Assembly (NCBI GenBank): GCA_964035545.1
Contig: OZ037772.1
Coordinates: forward strand, 4,406,233 to 4,470,232
Direction: 5' to 3'
Length of the DNA: 64,000 bases
Source: Bugula neritina
Taxonomy: Eukaryota; Animalia; Bryozoa
Shown: positions 37,411 through 52,140 of the stretch, piece by piece
Position numbering within the stretch: the first letter of the stretch is position 1
Layout of the letters: each line of letters opens with the position of its first letter
Program-made: the position numbers and the translations under genes
Notes under the pieces: model-generated
Databases searched by the model: none
What the model was told of the DNA's origin: nothing
What the model saw: the letters and a program-made list of their open reading frames with translations, nothing else

Positions 37411-40400
37411 TATACTCTCATACTGGTTAGAAGTTATGACAAGTTAGTTCAGAGTGATCAGTAATAATTTTTGCAGAAGCTTATTTCCAACGAAAATTAG
37501 AGCAGCATGGAACATTTATAAGTTCAGCTTTGAATATAACTTAGTTCAGCATTGAGCATATCTGAGATCATCATTGAACATAAATAAGATCACTATTAAA
37601 CATAATATATAATATCACTATTGAACATAAATAAGATCACTATTAAACATATATAATATCACTATTGAGCATAAATAAGATCACCATTAAAAATATATAA
37701 GCTCACTATTGAACATATATAAGATCACCATTGAACATAATTTGGCTCATTGTGATAAATACAAAGAATCAACTTCACAACTCTTTATATCAACATTGAT
37801 CTAACATACTATTCACTGTGAACAGTACCTGACACTGATTTCTATTCACTGCTGGTCAATTTAGGGATCCAAAAAACGAGAGGTTTTAGTTGTCAGCTTA
37901 TGTTCACTCTAACACTAATATTTCTCTCTGTGTATAGTTGCTAGCCTTTGCTAATTCTAAACTAAATGGTTGTGTCTTCTTCAATATATGAAAGAAAAAT
38001 GTAAGTAGCCGCAAAAAAGTTATAAGAAAATTAAAGACATTCATCATTTGTTTTAATTTGTCGTAGTTCCTGGCCTAATGTATTGGGATATGAGGTTAAT
38101 AAAAGATTTTATTTCTTATATTCTTACTTTTAAATTCTTATTTTGCCTGTCACTTAGTAAGAATAAGAGCAAATTCACAGCTTAGCTATTATATACTAAT
38201 TACCAAATAGCTACAATGTCCACATTCATGTCTACTTTTTAGTTGAATTGTTTAGAGGTATTATAGCTGCAAATATTTAGCCATTCTACAGTTAGCTGGT
38301 GTATTTGCTCCAATTGTGTTTACATGAGACATACTCAGGGTTCCCCCCAGTTTCTATTAATTACATGCAACAAAATATTCCCAGCAAAGTGCTTGCTTAT
38401 TTTATGAATGTTACTATACATAATATTTATAAAAAGTATGATTTTCATTTTCTAATGCTTTTAAATATAGCAGTTGAAGTAAAATATATTGTTTAGAGTT
38501 TATATATGGAGGGGAGTTGCCAATTGGAATTAAACTGAATTGTTACTCTTAGAGACAGACGACCAGTGTAGCACTGGTGCTACATGTCTTTTTCAAACTT
38601 TAAAACTAGTTGCTGAATTGGTTTCCCTGTTTTGAAAAATTTTTCAAGTAAAATAATTCAGTTAGAAAAAATATTGTTCACGCAATGGGTGAATATCAAG
38701 ATCTAAATTTCTTGCTAGTCATATAATTTTACTACCTATACACACAAAAAAGAGTAAGACATGTATAGATAGTTTTCAATAATATGTGTTAATAAGTTTG
38801 AATTTATTATCTCTTGATTCCCATTAAGTTTATTGTGAATAAAACTTGGTGTATCTTATATGCTACAGGGTCTAATATTTAGTAGCAAAAGTCAGCTGCA
38901 AGCATTTCTTAACATCTCCTATTATAAAAGTTAACATTGTAGTGACAGCAGACAAAATTTTCAGCTATTATGCTCAGTCAGTTGAAAAAGGTCTTTCATA
39001 GAAACTATAAACTTTGCATGTACTGAGATAACACAAAACCAAGAAAAATAGAACAGCTAGCTTGAAGATTTTTCTTTATTGTACAGTATTTGAGGGTAAA
39101 CTTCTTCAAAAGAATTTATAATTATGACAGTGCTTTTTAAGTTGTGGCCAAATAGGCTAATTCCAGGATTTCTTTATAAGGTTCAGACCAAAGTACAACT
39201 TTTGGCAGCCATTTCTAGTAAATTAAAAACTTTTAAGCTTACTTAAGCTTCCTGATTATTATGAAGATGAAAAGAAACTCGGCCCAGAACTACGCAGGGT
39301 TTCCATTATCTTTCGCTTAATTATAGGGATGCAGTCTCCCTCCAGACCTTAGTAAAAGTAATTGCAGGAACAGATAATTTTCTTCATTACTATAGCAGTA
39401 TATAAATAAGAAATTTTGTCAAACCTGCTATTCTGACACTGGAAAGTTGCATTTCAGCTAGGTGAAGCTTGCCGGGAAGCCATAGTACTTTTAAACACTA
39501 TATAACCAAATTGTTAGAAGAAATGCCTGTTTCTACCAGAAGCAAAAATAAAAATTTGAGCAGCAAGTTGGAGACAGCAAAAGGTATGTATCTTCTTAGG
39601 TCAAATATTATTTTAATTTCTTCCAGTCTTACCAAAAAATATTGATGCAGTTTTAACTGTAGTTAGTGGAGAGTCAATTTTATGAGAAAATGTGCAATTT
39701 TGTTTCATGTAACAATTTACTGAAAATACAATCATCTTTTTTAAATAATTAAAATCATCAAACTGCATAATATGACTTCTGGTTGATTGGGGAAACAGTC
39801 ATGCATAATGCTTACCAAAAAACTATAATATGATGTAATCTAATACTAAACATTTTAATTTAATAATGTATATACCTGTAAATCATTATTTTGTTTTGAA
39901 AGCAACTTTAGCTAATTGTTACTTTTGTTACTTTGTTTTTAAGAATAATGTTAGACCTCTTACGTTAATATATATTTAAAGTATATCTGTTCAGTAATTA
40001 TATTGCCTACTATACTCAAACTTTGTTTTAATGGTGATTGGAACTTTATAAAATACATTTTAATAGCTTTGAAGGCCATATAGATCTCTGTGTTGCAGGA
40101 GTTTTGGCAGCTTTCCAAAAGCCATTGTGAAATGAAAGCTATTTGTGAAAGCTTTCGCAATAGCTATTTGCTGGCTATTTTTATTCAATGAGTCAGTGTA
40201 GCTCAATTTTCCTCCTGCTAAAGATGCAGGCAATTTATACTTAATTGTAAGTATCAAGTATTATATTATCTTTTGTTTTCAACTTCATTAACTAAATGAT
40301 ACAGCAACCAGTATCGGCTGTCACACTCTGCACTGGCAATTTTTAATCAGCTTGCATTGAAAATATGGACAACAGCTATCTATTTATTATATTTAGACTG

Positions 40401-41889
40401 CGAACATATAAATTGTTTAAAATTATAATGATCACTTATGGCTTATCATAATATAAAATATTAGCTACTATATTATGCTATAAGCACATCATGTATATTT
40501 ATACATATAATAAGTTATAGTATCAATATATATTTTGATCTTGTACTTCTTTGATTTAATATATTATATTATGCAATGTTTAAAGTGTTTTAAAGCATTA
40601 CCTCAGGCTTTATATAACATTTTTGTAACACACACTCAAGAGCCTTCAGTTTTTCTTATTAACATTTTTGGATTGAATGCACGAAATAACACTCAGATGT
40701 GAAATTGTATTTATCTGCATCTCCCTTCTTTTGTAGACTCAGCTTCTATTGTTCAAAGTGCTTTTGATAATTTCATTAAAAGAGCAAAGTTGGACAATGA
40801 CAGTGAATCTTTATTTGGTAAGAATGCCATAAAAAATTTACTTTAATTCTAATCTTGATGAAATGAATTGTTATTTAAAATTCCCGGTTATCAAACCAGG
40901 TTTTGTGATTAGTAAGCACTGAGGTGGGTGATTGTAATTTTGTCTATTGAAATGCTACATGTGGCTAAAACTTCACAACTATTAGATGAAGTTTTTAGGT
41001 AATATCTGCTAAGTTGCGTTTATACCTTCCAAATTTTTAGTCAGCATTTAAATTCAAGTTGAAATGTCACCGAGTTTCAGTAAGACTATATAAGGGTGCA
41101 CTCTGAAAAGTGCTATTAACTGAAACATAAACACTTTTTTCAGGAGAGGTATAAACACAACTTTAGACTTATTACTAACTTATCTGCACTTATTTTGAAT
41201 ATAGAACTATATTATTGTCCATGAATTTCAGTTGCCATGAGTGCAAGTCTACTTGAAGCTATATTTGACACTGCACTTCTTTTTATTGCATTTAACCTAA
41301 AAAAGGTAAAAAAAATTGCAGTTAAAGTTTTAATGTTTTAGCTATGTGTTCAGTGACTGCATTTATTCTGCCGTTTATCCTGGATCTGCAGACTGCTCTG
41401 AAGTAGTTGGATTTCTTGCAGTTACTACACTGTTTGCCGTAAGCATTTTCGGGAGGATGAGAGTTGCCACAGTTTCCACAGTTAAACTTTGAAGGATTAT
41501 TTGCTTCCTTGTCAGTTGTGCGTAAGTACAGTTTGACACTTTTGTTTGCTTTAGTGGCCTTGAGACCAAGTGTATGAATTGATTCTCCTTCACTAGGAAA
41601 TGTTAATATTCATTATTGATTACATTTCTGGTGCTATAGCTAGACAAATTTTGAAAGATTACCTATTTACATTTGATCAAAAAATAGTATATACCCTGCT
41701 GCAGCTTCAGCGCCATGGTAAAAATGAAGCATAAATAAAGCAGTAAATTGAATGTGCAGTACAACCTAAAATTATTAATTTTAGTTTAGTATTTGTAAAC
41801 CAATTTAATGCCAATTATAGCCATTTTTATATACGAGTCTGTTCAAGCAGTTCAAGTCTCCCTATAACTGCAATAATCGTATAGCTTTA

Positions 41890-43360
41890 CCTCATCTTGC
41901 AAACTTGTCTTTTTATACTTATCCCCTCCCAGTTGATAAGGGCACTTTTATTTCAATATATTATCTCCCAAAATACAGACTGTATTGCATGTTTAAGTTA
42001 GAAGATAAAATAGCCAAACATTTTTAAAACAAATTTAGATTAGCAACTGTGAGCTTTAACCTTCTACAGGAAACAAAAAATATGCTGACTGTATGTCTTT
42101 TCAATCAAAGTAAATTTAGCTTATAACTTTACTTCTGTAACCTTTGAAATTATTTCTGAAAAACAAGCGAAGTGAAACTAATTATGATGTAAATAAACGA
42201 GATTAATTTATATGACTTACTGAGTATGCATTTATAAGCTGCAGTTTTTTTTAGAGACAGCTTTTTATGTTGTTTATGGGCTTTGCCCTTCATACTGAAT
42301 TGGCTCCACAGCCCATTGGTGCCAATTCTTCTCATGGCTCTTTTCACCATATCTGCGCAGTTTTTCCCCCAGTTGGAAAAGAAACTTTGTCTACAACATT
42401 AATACACCTATATTTCATAGCATGAATTTACATGAATACATTCAATGTGTTACTGCAGTGGGGCAAATATTTTTTCTAACACTTTAATGAGAAACATTTC
42501 ATAAGAGAAACATATTTTATAGCTTGAAAATCTACAGTTCACTAGAAATTGTATTCTAATATCAACTACGCCAGGATGTTATATATTGCATGTTATACAC
42601 CAAAAGTCTTTAAACTAGCTATGCAATCTATATTATATAGTAGTATACTATGTACCAGAGCAGAACATTTTCTCTTGAGGATTGGAGAAGTTCTTCAAGA
42701 GATTCAAACTCTTGTATTGTTTTTAGCGGCTCCTCTAGCTGCTCAGTTATATTGTCTTTGCCACTATGGCTATCAGTGATTATAGCCATCAGTTTTTTCT
42801 GCCCATCCAGCACCTCCTTTAGTTGTTTCTTCATGTCTGTAAAATTTCATACTATATATGACATAAAACTAAGATCTAGTTTATAACTGTCTCATATTAG
42901 TATTTAGATTAACTACAAATAAATGCTTTTGTGACTTATCTAAGACCAAAGCAATTTCGTCAAGTCACCAACCTCAAGACTCTGCTCAACAAAAGCATCC
43001 TTTTGTTCCGAAAACTACAGGAGAACACGTGATTGCAATTCTTTGGCTGAAAACTTGTATAAATACAGAAATTTGATTATAGTACATTACTAAGCACCTT
43101 CTATATGTCTTTTTTGAGTGCTTCAATAGAATCAGCTAGTCCGGCGCTGGAGCTGTTATTTTCATCTATTTCTTGTACTTTAAAACAGGAAAAATATCAT
43201 AGATAAAAGTGTCTTGTCATACGGATAATTTAATACAATCATCATCACATTAAAGTAATTGTATGTTATGGCAATTGTAACCATAAAACATTTTCAAAGT
43301 GTCAACACAAACCTTCCATGGCTTGTTGAACTGGTACCTCTTCAATATTTTCAACATTGC
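41890..43360 (-). pseudogene. Multi-exon DUF4806-like gene relic (type often carried by CMC/EnSpm-like transposons)
   Basis: Exon-like pieces EEPLKTIQEFESLEELL (42654-42837), (LG)GKNCADMVKRAMRRIGTNGLWSQFSMKGK..KKLSLKKTAAYKCIL (42221-42390, AG/GT bounded) and ILK*KCPYQLGGDKYKK (~41900-41960). Frameshift and stop present. Family recognised from memory. Confidence 0.6.
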
Positions 43361-43539
43361 TAACTAAAAATAAACAAAACATTAAATAAGTAATTCTAAT
43401 AGACCATGTAAAACTCAGCCAATCAGCGAAGTGTACCAGGTCAATGTCTTACCAGAATTACAAGAATATTATATAAAAGCTAGATATAGATTTTTAGTAA
43501 AATGGCACAGGTAAAAATAACACATTTTTACTTCAAATT

Positions 43540-46500
43540 CTAAATTTCATCAGTCACCAATGGTGGCTGTAGATTACAGAGAGCACAGCAGACTATCATA
43601 GTCTTGTCTAATAGAGGTGCCAACACCAAGTTGACACTTCGGGACCATTTAAAATATTGAACTCTTTTATCCTTTTGATTGCTTTTTCGACATGGATTCG
43701 AAGGTTAGAAATCAACTTTGTTTGCAGTAACTGCATTTTAGCCATTTGCAAATGGCCTCTTTTCCCAGGTGATATGGCTAACTTGGCTCCAGCGCCTATA
43801 AGTTCTTCTTCAATCGTGAAGGTATAAAGGCAACTTAAGAAAGCCTGTATCTGCATGACCACATCACCCGGGTTTATGAAATCTAAGAACCCAGAGTCAT
43901 TCACTACACACTTGTCTGAGGCTCTACCTCTCATTCCATGCGAAATAAAGCAGATAGTGCCCCTGGGTGTAATTGCAATCAAATACTTGATGGTTTTGGT
44001 CTTTTTATACTCACTCCATGTTAAATATTGAGCCAGCTTTGATTGAGGCTTGCAAATTAATATTTCTGTGCAGTCTATAATGCACCTAATGTAAGCATAT
44101 CGGCTTTGAAAGCTCAGAGGGATGTTCAGCTTTTCTCTTGGTGGGAAATATATTAGATTGTTCAGTTCTCTTGCTAAAATATTCAATGTGTCTTTGAAAG
44201 TTTTGCTTGCTAGCAATCTAGAGATATAAAAAGGCCAGCAAGTATTTGAAACTGTAAACCTTGACGCAGCTTCATCAAAGCCAATAAAAGTTCATCTTGT
44301 CTTGCTAACTTTTTTCGGAGAGTAAGAACTTTCATCTTCGGACATATAAATCTAAATATAGTAAATAAAGAAAGAAAATTGAATTATGATTCAAATTATA
44401 ATGTATGTGCTAAATAAATTTTGTGCTTAGATTGTATTCATTCAGCAGTTTTTACCCTCTATAGTAAGTAGCTTCAGTTATATTTTGCAACAACTATGAA
44501 GTTCAAGAACTGCTAGCTGAAGGCTTGACCCAATATATCACCATCCAAACAGAATGTAATGTGTGTTAACATGTGTTACATAATACTGTAACAGTACATG
44601 ATAAGCTAGTTGTATGAATACATGCTTTGGATGAAGTCATGAGTTTAAACAAATACTGTGGACAAACAATTATTACTTTATTTTATAATTATGCTACAAC
44701 TAATTCAAACCCATATTATTTCTAGAATAGCATTTAATAATGTTTGTGAATAAGTGAACCATTTTAATTTTAAACACCTACTTAGTTTCAGCTAATAATT
44801 AGATTAGGAGACCACTTTTAATAAGCTTTAAAATAACCAAGGAAAATTTAGGTTAAAACAATTTACTTTTCCTGGAGAAAGTGAGTCAATTTGTCCACAA
44901 GTAGAAGACTGTTGCTTGTCTTGTCTTGTCTTGTCTTGATTTAGTTCCAAGACCCCAAATAGGGGAAAGGTGGAACTATCGGATGTTCAGGTCTTTTTTT
45001 ATTAGTCTGCTAGTGTTTCTCCCGTGCGTAGTTCACGGGCTGTTCTAATGAGGAAGCTATGCAGGAAATTATTAGTATTACAGGATATTGAATTAAAAGA
45101 GTTACTGTCCCCAATATTGATATTACGGAGAGATTGCATGGAGTTAAGAGTGTTAATTAGGTTAAGGAAGAATGCTTCATGCTGCAACACTTTGAAGAAT
45201 AGCGTGAATCTGTGTTCTTGTCTGGATTTATTTAAAGCCTTTAAGTTTAACTCCGCCTTGGATTCGGTCACTGAGACATCCCAGCCTTTTAAGTTTTTTT
45301 TACAAAACGTACTGCCTTGTTTTGAACTTTCTCTAGACTGTTGCTTAGCATGAGATGTGCAGGATCCCAAATTTCGCAGGCATACTCTAGAAGCGGTTTA
45401 CACAGGGTAGTGTATGCTATGAGCTTAACTTTAACTGGAGCATCATAGAGTACATTTTTGATTAATCCTAAAATACGCATTGCTTTATTGACTACTGAGT
45501 TTATGTGATAATCCCACTTTAGATCATGTACCAAATAGATTCCTAGGTATTTTACACAGCTACTTTGTACTAATTGTTCGTTGCTCAAATAATAAGTGTG
45601 CGTTATAGGTTTAGGGCTTTTATCAAACACAATGATGTTGCTTTTTGTTGCATTGAATTTCATGGAATTTTTAATACTCCAGTTGTGTAGAGCGTTAAGG
45701 TCATTTTGCAAATTTTCCTTGTCTTCGTCTTTAGATATATGCGTATATAGTATAGTGCCATCCTCGAAGAGCCTTACAGTGCAGTATTTTACACATTTAG
45801 TGATGTCATTAATGAAAAGTGTGAAAAGTGCAGGCCCTAAAACGCTACCTTGAGGGACACCTGAAGTAACAGCTACAGCATCAGATTTGTGGCCTTTAAT
45901 CACCACTCTCTGAAAACGACTGGTTAGAAACGAGGATATCCATTTTACTAAAAGAGGATTTACTTTGTACTCAATAAGTTTCTGAATCAACAGATGATGG
46001 GGAACTAAATCAAAGGCCTTAGAGAAATCTAGCACTGCCTCATGTGTAGCCATTCCATTGTCCATATTACTCAATATGTCATGTTTAAATAAAACCCTAA
46101 ACTAGATAAGTCAAAGCATACAGATGACCATTGTGGTATTTATGAATATCTTACATAAAACAACATCTTTAATAAAAAATGTATGAATGATACACTCACA
46201 CTGCAACAAATTTAATTAAAATGATAGTTTTAATACGTATCAAATTTAATCAATGTACAAATTTTAGCCTAGTGAGACTTGCATTGTTTATTTGTAATAA
46301 ACCATAGTATATCTTTGCAATAAGAAAATAATAACTTTCACCTTGCTAAAGAAAAGTATAGAGAACGTGTAGGTATTCCAGTATAGAATTTAGTTCGCTC
46401 ATCTGTAGTGGTGAAAGTTTTCAAAACTTTTACTGTTTTAATAGTTGCTTTTTGTTTAAACGTGGAATATTTTGAGCTTTTTCTTCCAACTTTTGAATTC

Positions 46501-46700
46501 GTCTATCAATAGAATGTGCAGGTCTTTTTTTGAGTAGTTGATGTTTCTGGTAACTCAGTTACTTCTGATGAAATCTGACTATGAGGATTGCTGTCAGATG
46601 AGTTCTGTTGCTCTATATCAGCTGACTCTGTTGAAGACGTTTTCTGTTCGTTTCCTTCACTTGTTTTAAGTATTTTTTTTGGTTAGTAGTTGGTTGTCTC
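43540..46700 (-). pseudogene. HTH_Tnp_4 + DDE_Tnp_4 transposase in two exons (~46700-46342 and 44351-43540)
   Basis: ERTKFYTGIPTRSLYFSLA R|FICPK..QDELLLALMKLRQGL..IIDCTEI..TWSEYKKTKTIKYLIAITPRGTICFIS..GRASD..RIHVEKAI..VCCALCNLQPP. GT at 46341 and AG at 44352 are phase-compatible. Frameshifts at ~44228, ~43855 (scrambling ADxGF) and ~43630. Confidence 0.88.
44916..46085 (-). mobile_element. 5'-truncated non-LTR retrotransposon (CR1/L2-like) RT fragment inside the transposase intron
   Basis: LDFSKAFDLVPH, SGVPQGSVLGPALF, FEDGT (degenerate FADD), KYLGI..LKW..HI. Frameshift at ~45295; (CAAGA)n tail at 44916-44938. Confidence 0.9.
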
Positions 46701-46947
46701 CCTTTTTGATAGGAGGAAGGCACTGTCAGTTTCCTGACTTGCTTTCTGATTTTGTGTTTTTGCTTTGGTTCTGTGCAGCTGGTTATGAGATATAGCAAAT
46801 TATCGCTCATAGCAAGTACAATAATTGACATAGCCTTGCTTGATATCTTTGTATAGTCAGTCTAGTATAGCACTAGCTGATTCTTCAGGTTCAGTTATAG
46901 AGCCATCAAAAATATCCCCATAGTTCCTTAGCAATCAGCAAATGCTT

Positions 46948-47044
46948 GAGTTTAAACTTCTGTAATTTTTACTCATCAGCTTGCTTTCAATAATTCCAGA
47001 CATTTGGTCTGTTTATACTACTGTAACTAGTGTTTGTGATAGCG
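46948..47044 (+). repeat. Dispersed repeat, direct copy at 51421-51522
   Basis: GAGTTTAAACTTC..TGTAATTTTT..TCAGCTTG..CTGTAACTAGTGTTTGTGATAGCG is shared. Confidence 0.75.
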
Positions 47045-47384
47045 CTCTGGGCTTATAACCTGTTAGAGTTATAATTTGACAGAGCTCTACTACAAGCAAC
47101 TGAACTAAGAACAAAACACATGAAGTAGCACACATAAGTAGATAGCTCTAAACTTGCTATTGCACATAAGCAACTAAGTACAATAAGCATAAGCTGAGAA
47201 ACAAAAGCACATTGAAATAACATCAACTGATTCAATGTGTGACTATAAACAAAATTACTGACAACAATTTGTACAGCCTCATGGAGTCCTAAGAGGTTCT
47301 GTGAGTTTAATTCATAACTATTTCATCAGTTTTCACTCTACTTGCACAATTCAACTATGAAATAATACTGTAGATAATAATAAT

Positions 47385-47470
47385 ATACCTTCATGTTACT
47401 CTGTAAATATCTTCATGTTACTCTGTATATACCTTCATGTTACTCTGTATATATCTTCATGTTACTCTGT
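47385..47470. repeat. 21-bp tandem repeat x4 (CTTCATGTTACTCTGTATATA)
   Basis: Direct reading. Confidence 0.9.
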
Positions 47471-47953
47471 TAAAATCAGTTACTTGGTAACCCTTTGAGC
47501 TCTACACTTGCTGTACCTGGAAAATCAACATACAGAATTACACAGCTCATTGTTTTATTTTCAGAGTTATGTTCTCTTAACCTAGTTTATAATTGCTAAG
47601 ACTCTGCTAGTCAGTGGTGTGTTGCTATGACGTGAACTAGGCATGACATGGTTTCATTGAGAGGCTGTTGAAGATAATAACTTTGCTAGACTCGGTGTAT
47701 GCTTGACCTCTGACCCTTCATTGTTAATTACTTTGTCGTGAGAATTTTCTTAATATTCCGCTAGACCTCATCTTCGGTTGGTTACTTTTCAGTTTTTCCT
47801 CCTAAAGTAAAATATCTTTTTTATATTTTTCTACTACCATATCCCAATGAGTTGTAACGTATGATAAAAGAACTACATTATAACTTGGATAAAATTTACA
47901 CAAATAATGCCTACTTTAATGCTTAAGATGAAAAACGCTGGTGAGCCAACACT

Positions 47954-48301
<348 letters not shown>

Positions 48302-49789
48302 CTATTGATAGCAGTTGATGTCTCTTGATTATTTTCTTGAAGGTCTTTTTACAAAAGTTGTCAAATTTTTCTAGGACATCTTTGTGAACCTCTTTAGATT
48401 CTCCTTTCCCAAATTTGAAACTTTTGAATATGTCCACACTTCTGGAATAGCTATCTTTTGGTTTTCGCGACTCAGGACCCTTATTTGCCTTTTTTTTCTC
48501 TTTTTGTTCTTTAATAAAAAAATACAAGATTATCCTTGAGCCTGAAACTTACCAGCAATAACATTTTGGGAACTTTTTTTAGAGTTAAAAAACATTACAA
48601 GCGCTTACTTTTATTTATCCACTCTAATTCAAAGTCCTTTGTTGGAGATGACTTCTGCACTCCAACGGTGTACTGAGTCCCTAGAAAGACAAGGATGCTA
48701 TGCCAGTTAAACATACTAGGATGAGTAAGAGCTGTACAAGTACATTGTACAAGAGCAGCTGTAACATTCATACTTGTCATATGCTAAGAATAATTATAAA
48801 TTAATTTTTGATTTAGTCTCTTGTTATTTGGTAAAATCCTCGTAGTAATTTATTAGCCTTCAAAGTCTTTTACTTTGAACTGGTAATTTGATGTATATTT
48901 TGATTCAACTTCAATTGAAGTGTTAAGGAGCTAGTAACCTTTATCTATTACAGCAATTCTAATTAAGCTAAATTTTTTACAAAGCTGTCACCGCTATCTC
49001 AAAAAAAAGTTATCTAATGCTTATAACATAACTAGACTAAAATCAGAAAAATTATGTTCATTTATATTTGCATTCATTTACTCTTATCATAGAACATGTA
49101 CATTACTATGTAGGCACAAAACCCTGGCTAGATATAGATATATATTACGATAAGTCAGAAAAAGTCAATCAGAGCAAAGCTCGTTCAAAGTTTAGTTATA
49201 ACACTGAACAATTTACTAGTTTCTTTATCCAATTCATATATTGGCCTTTCTCCACCATAGTGTCTTAATTAAAAGAAGCAATTTTGTCCATTTAGTGCTA
49301 AGTGATAACCTTGGCAGTACTGAAACACAGACGAATATGATATCTAGAAAATGATATTCAATGTAACCGTTATGTCATAAGTTGTTAAGGTGAAGTGGTA
49401 ATATTTGTATCATTATTCTCAGAAAATCCTTTAAAAAAGCAATATCCTTGATGGAAGGCAGGATTATACATATACTGTCCTTTGTGTTCAATTCTTTCTT
49501 CTGTACTTTACAAGTTATGTCTCTGAGATATTCTGTCAGCTCGCTAAAATATGGCTTTGGCGACGCTAAGGTTTGTTTGAGACTTCCAGTAAGATGGCTG
49601 CTGCAACAGGTTGATGCAAATATAAATTCTTATATCTGCTCCACCACGGTATGTAGACTACAGAATATAAAACACATTCAAAAGTTTTATGATGCATGAG
49701 GCCCAATAATTGAGTGAAGTTAAAAGTTCAAATGTACAAGTTTTGAGTAAGTTAGATATTTTGGTCTTGCATAGAAATTGCTTAATGCA

Positions 49790-49965
<176 letters not shown>

Positions 49966-49966
49966 G

Positions 49967-50650
<684 letters not shown>

Positions 50651-51589
50651 TTTTTGACATTGATCAGCCTGTTACAAAGGTCAACACGTGAGCATCGACT
50701 GATGCATTTTATCATATTATAGTTTTAAAGTTATTTTTTAGATTAAGGATTGCTGTACAATTAATGATGATATAGCACACAATATACAAAGATGAGCCAA
50801 TAACAACAAATCCTTTTCACGTCAATCCCTATCTTGGCTGTAAAGCTGCCAACATACCTAACCGAGTTCTACGAGTTTAAGAAATTTTTGAATTGGAGAA
50901 TTTATTTTAAAGCTAAAAAAATTTCCTTTGAAGGAAATATTTTAATATTGATGTTCTAACTGCAATTCTCTTATGTATTTAATTTGTATAACTTATCTAT
51001 CTCGATTGTCAGACTTACCAATTTATGTTTGCTAGTATTACACAGCAAGATTTCAAAGGATCGCTAGGATAATCTTTGTTTTAGTTTGGTTAATGTCTTG
51101 TAATATTTTGTTATTGTAATTTTGCTTGCTTCAATATTATCATCAAATAGATATACATATTATACAAACATATATATTATAGTTTCAATTCTTTTGGGGG
51201 AGCAAATCCCAAATTTGTCTCACAGAATAGTAACCTGAGTGCTAACCGTTACACAATACACATAGAACCACATATTATATTGTTTATGCAGTAATAACAT
51301 TGCCAATCCAAACCATAAGTAAACATTCTTCGAGCGGCGATAACTCCTACTTTTGACAAGTTGGTTGCTGCGAGATGCTTACTTCCATAGCTGTAGAGGC
51401 GCTTATTATACTACCTACTTGAGTTTAAACTTCCAAATGCTGTAATTTTTCTCGTCAGCTTGTTTTCAATAAATCCAGCCATTTGATTTTGTATACTGCT
51501 GTAACTAGTGTTTGTGATAGCGGTACAGTTGATATTCAAGAAGGAAGTCCATCATCAGGAAATATAGTTGAACTTTGACATTAGCTAAG

Positions 51590-52140
51590 ATTGGTGATGC
51601 AATGTCTACATGTTGAGGGTATGTTTCTTCACATTTTTCATGGCAGGTTTCCATGACGCCTGTGACGAGGCTGTTGACAAAGTCCAGAGCGTGTGTTTTG
51701 AGTTGTTCAGCCGAGTGGAGGTCTGCTAGAACCATGGCACTTCACACACATTGTCTATGGAGAGGTTACCAAACAGGGACTCTTCTCTAGTGCGTACTTA
51801 TCTGCTGCCGAGAGAAGGTCAGCCACCATCTTGTCTAAATTCGAAGCTTTTTCCGTGTAAATAAACTGCAGCATTTCTTTCATCACAGCCTCTTCAACAT
51901 CTTGAATCTCCACTCGATTCTGTTTGTTCTCCATGTCATGCTCAAACATAGCATTGAAGACAGGAGACCTGACGGAGAGGATGGACTTGTGAACTTTGAA
52001 CTTTTGCCAGCAAGACGTCTGAGCAGTTGGAACTTTCTAAAAGGTTGGCCAAGTCTTCACTGAGTCTAGAAGGAGGAAATTTGACGGAGAGGCTGTTGGA
52101 CTGTCCCAATATTATGTTTACCGTGTCCCCCACAACCCTA
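51590..52140 (-). pseudogene. SPOP: Processed pseudogene of speckle-type POZ protein (BTB + BACK part)
   Basis: TVNI.GQSN..RLSEDL..SDV / [69 protein letters not shown] / LADLHSAEQLKTHALDF. Split over three frames with small deletions and no introns. Confidence 0.88.

Larger units (their letters stand above)
30449..37932. mobile_element. Non-autonomous CAC-terminated DNA transposon (CMC/EnSpm-like), outer copy A (30449-33654 + 37413-37932)
   Basis: Left end TA|TATAGAGAGAAATATTAGTG (CACAG changed to TATAG), right end CACTAATATTTCTCTCTGTG|TA. Highly similar to copy B throughout. Confidence 0.9.
43401..46860 (-). mobile_element. ISL2EU/Harbinger-like (PHIS group) DNA transposon; one terminus visible
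   Basis: aAT|AGACCATGTAA terminus at 43401, with 11 bp identical to the fold-back element ends, ~140 bp downstream of the transposase. The other end was not found. Confidence 0.7.

Noticed and set aside
36960-37740. CRISPR-like repeat array
   Set aside because: Repeats are contiguous with no unique spacers, there are no cas genes and the context is eukaryotic; these are transposon subterminal repeats.
30449-37932. Simple tandem segmental duplication or assembly duplication
   Set aside because: TIRs and a TA duplication bound the inner copy exactly, and the copies differ by many substitutions and indels.
39180-40820. Plus-strand exon-like segments (e.g. 40739-40817 SASIVQSAFDNFIKRAKLDNDSESLF, AG/GT bounded)
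   Set aside because: No recognisable protein similarity, and the neighbouring candidate at ~40069-40246 has stops in all frames; not supportable without RNA data.
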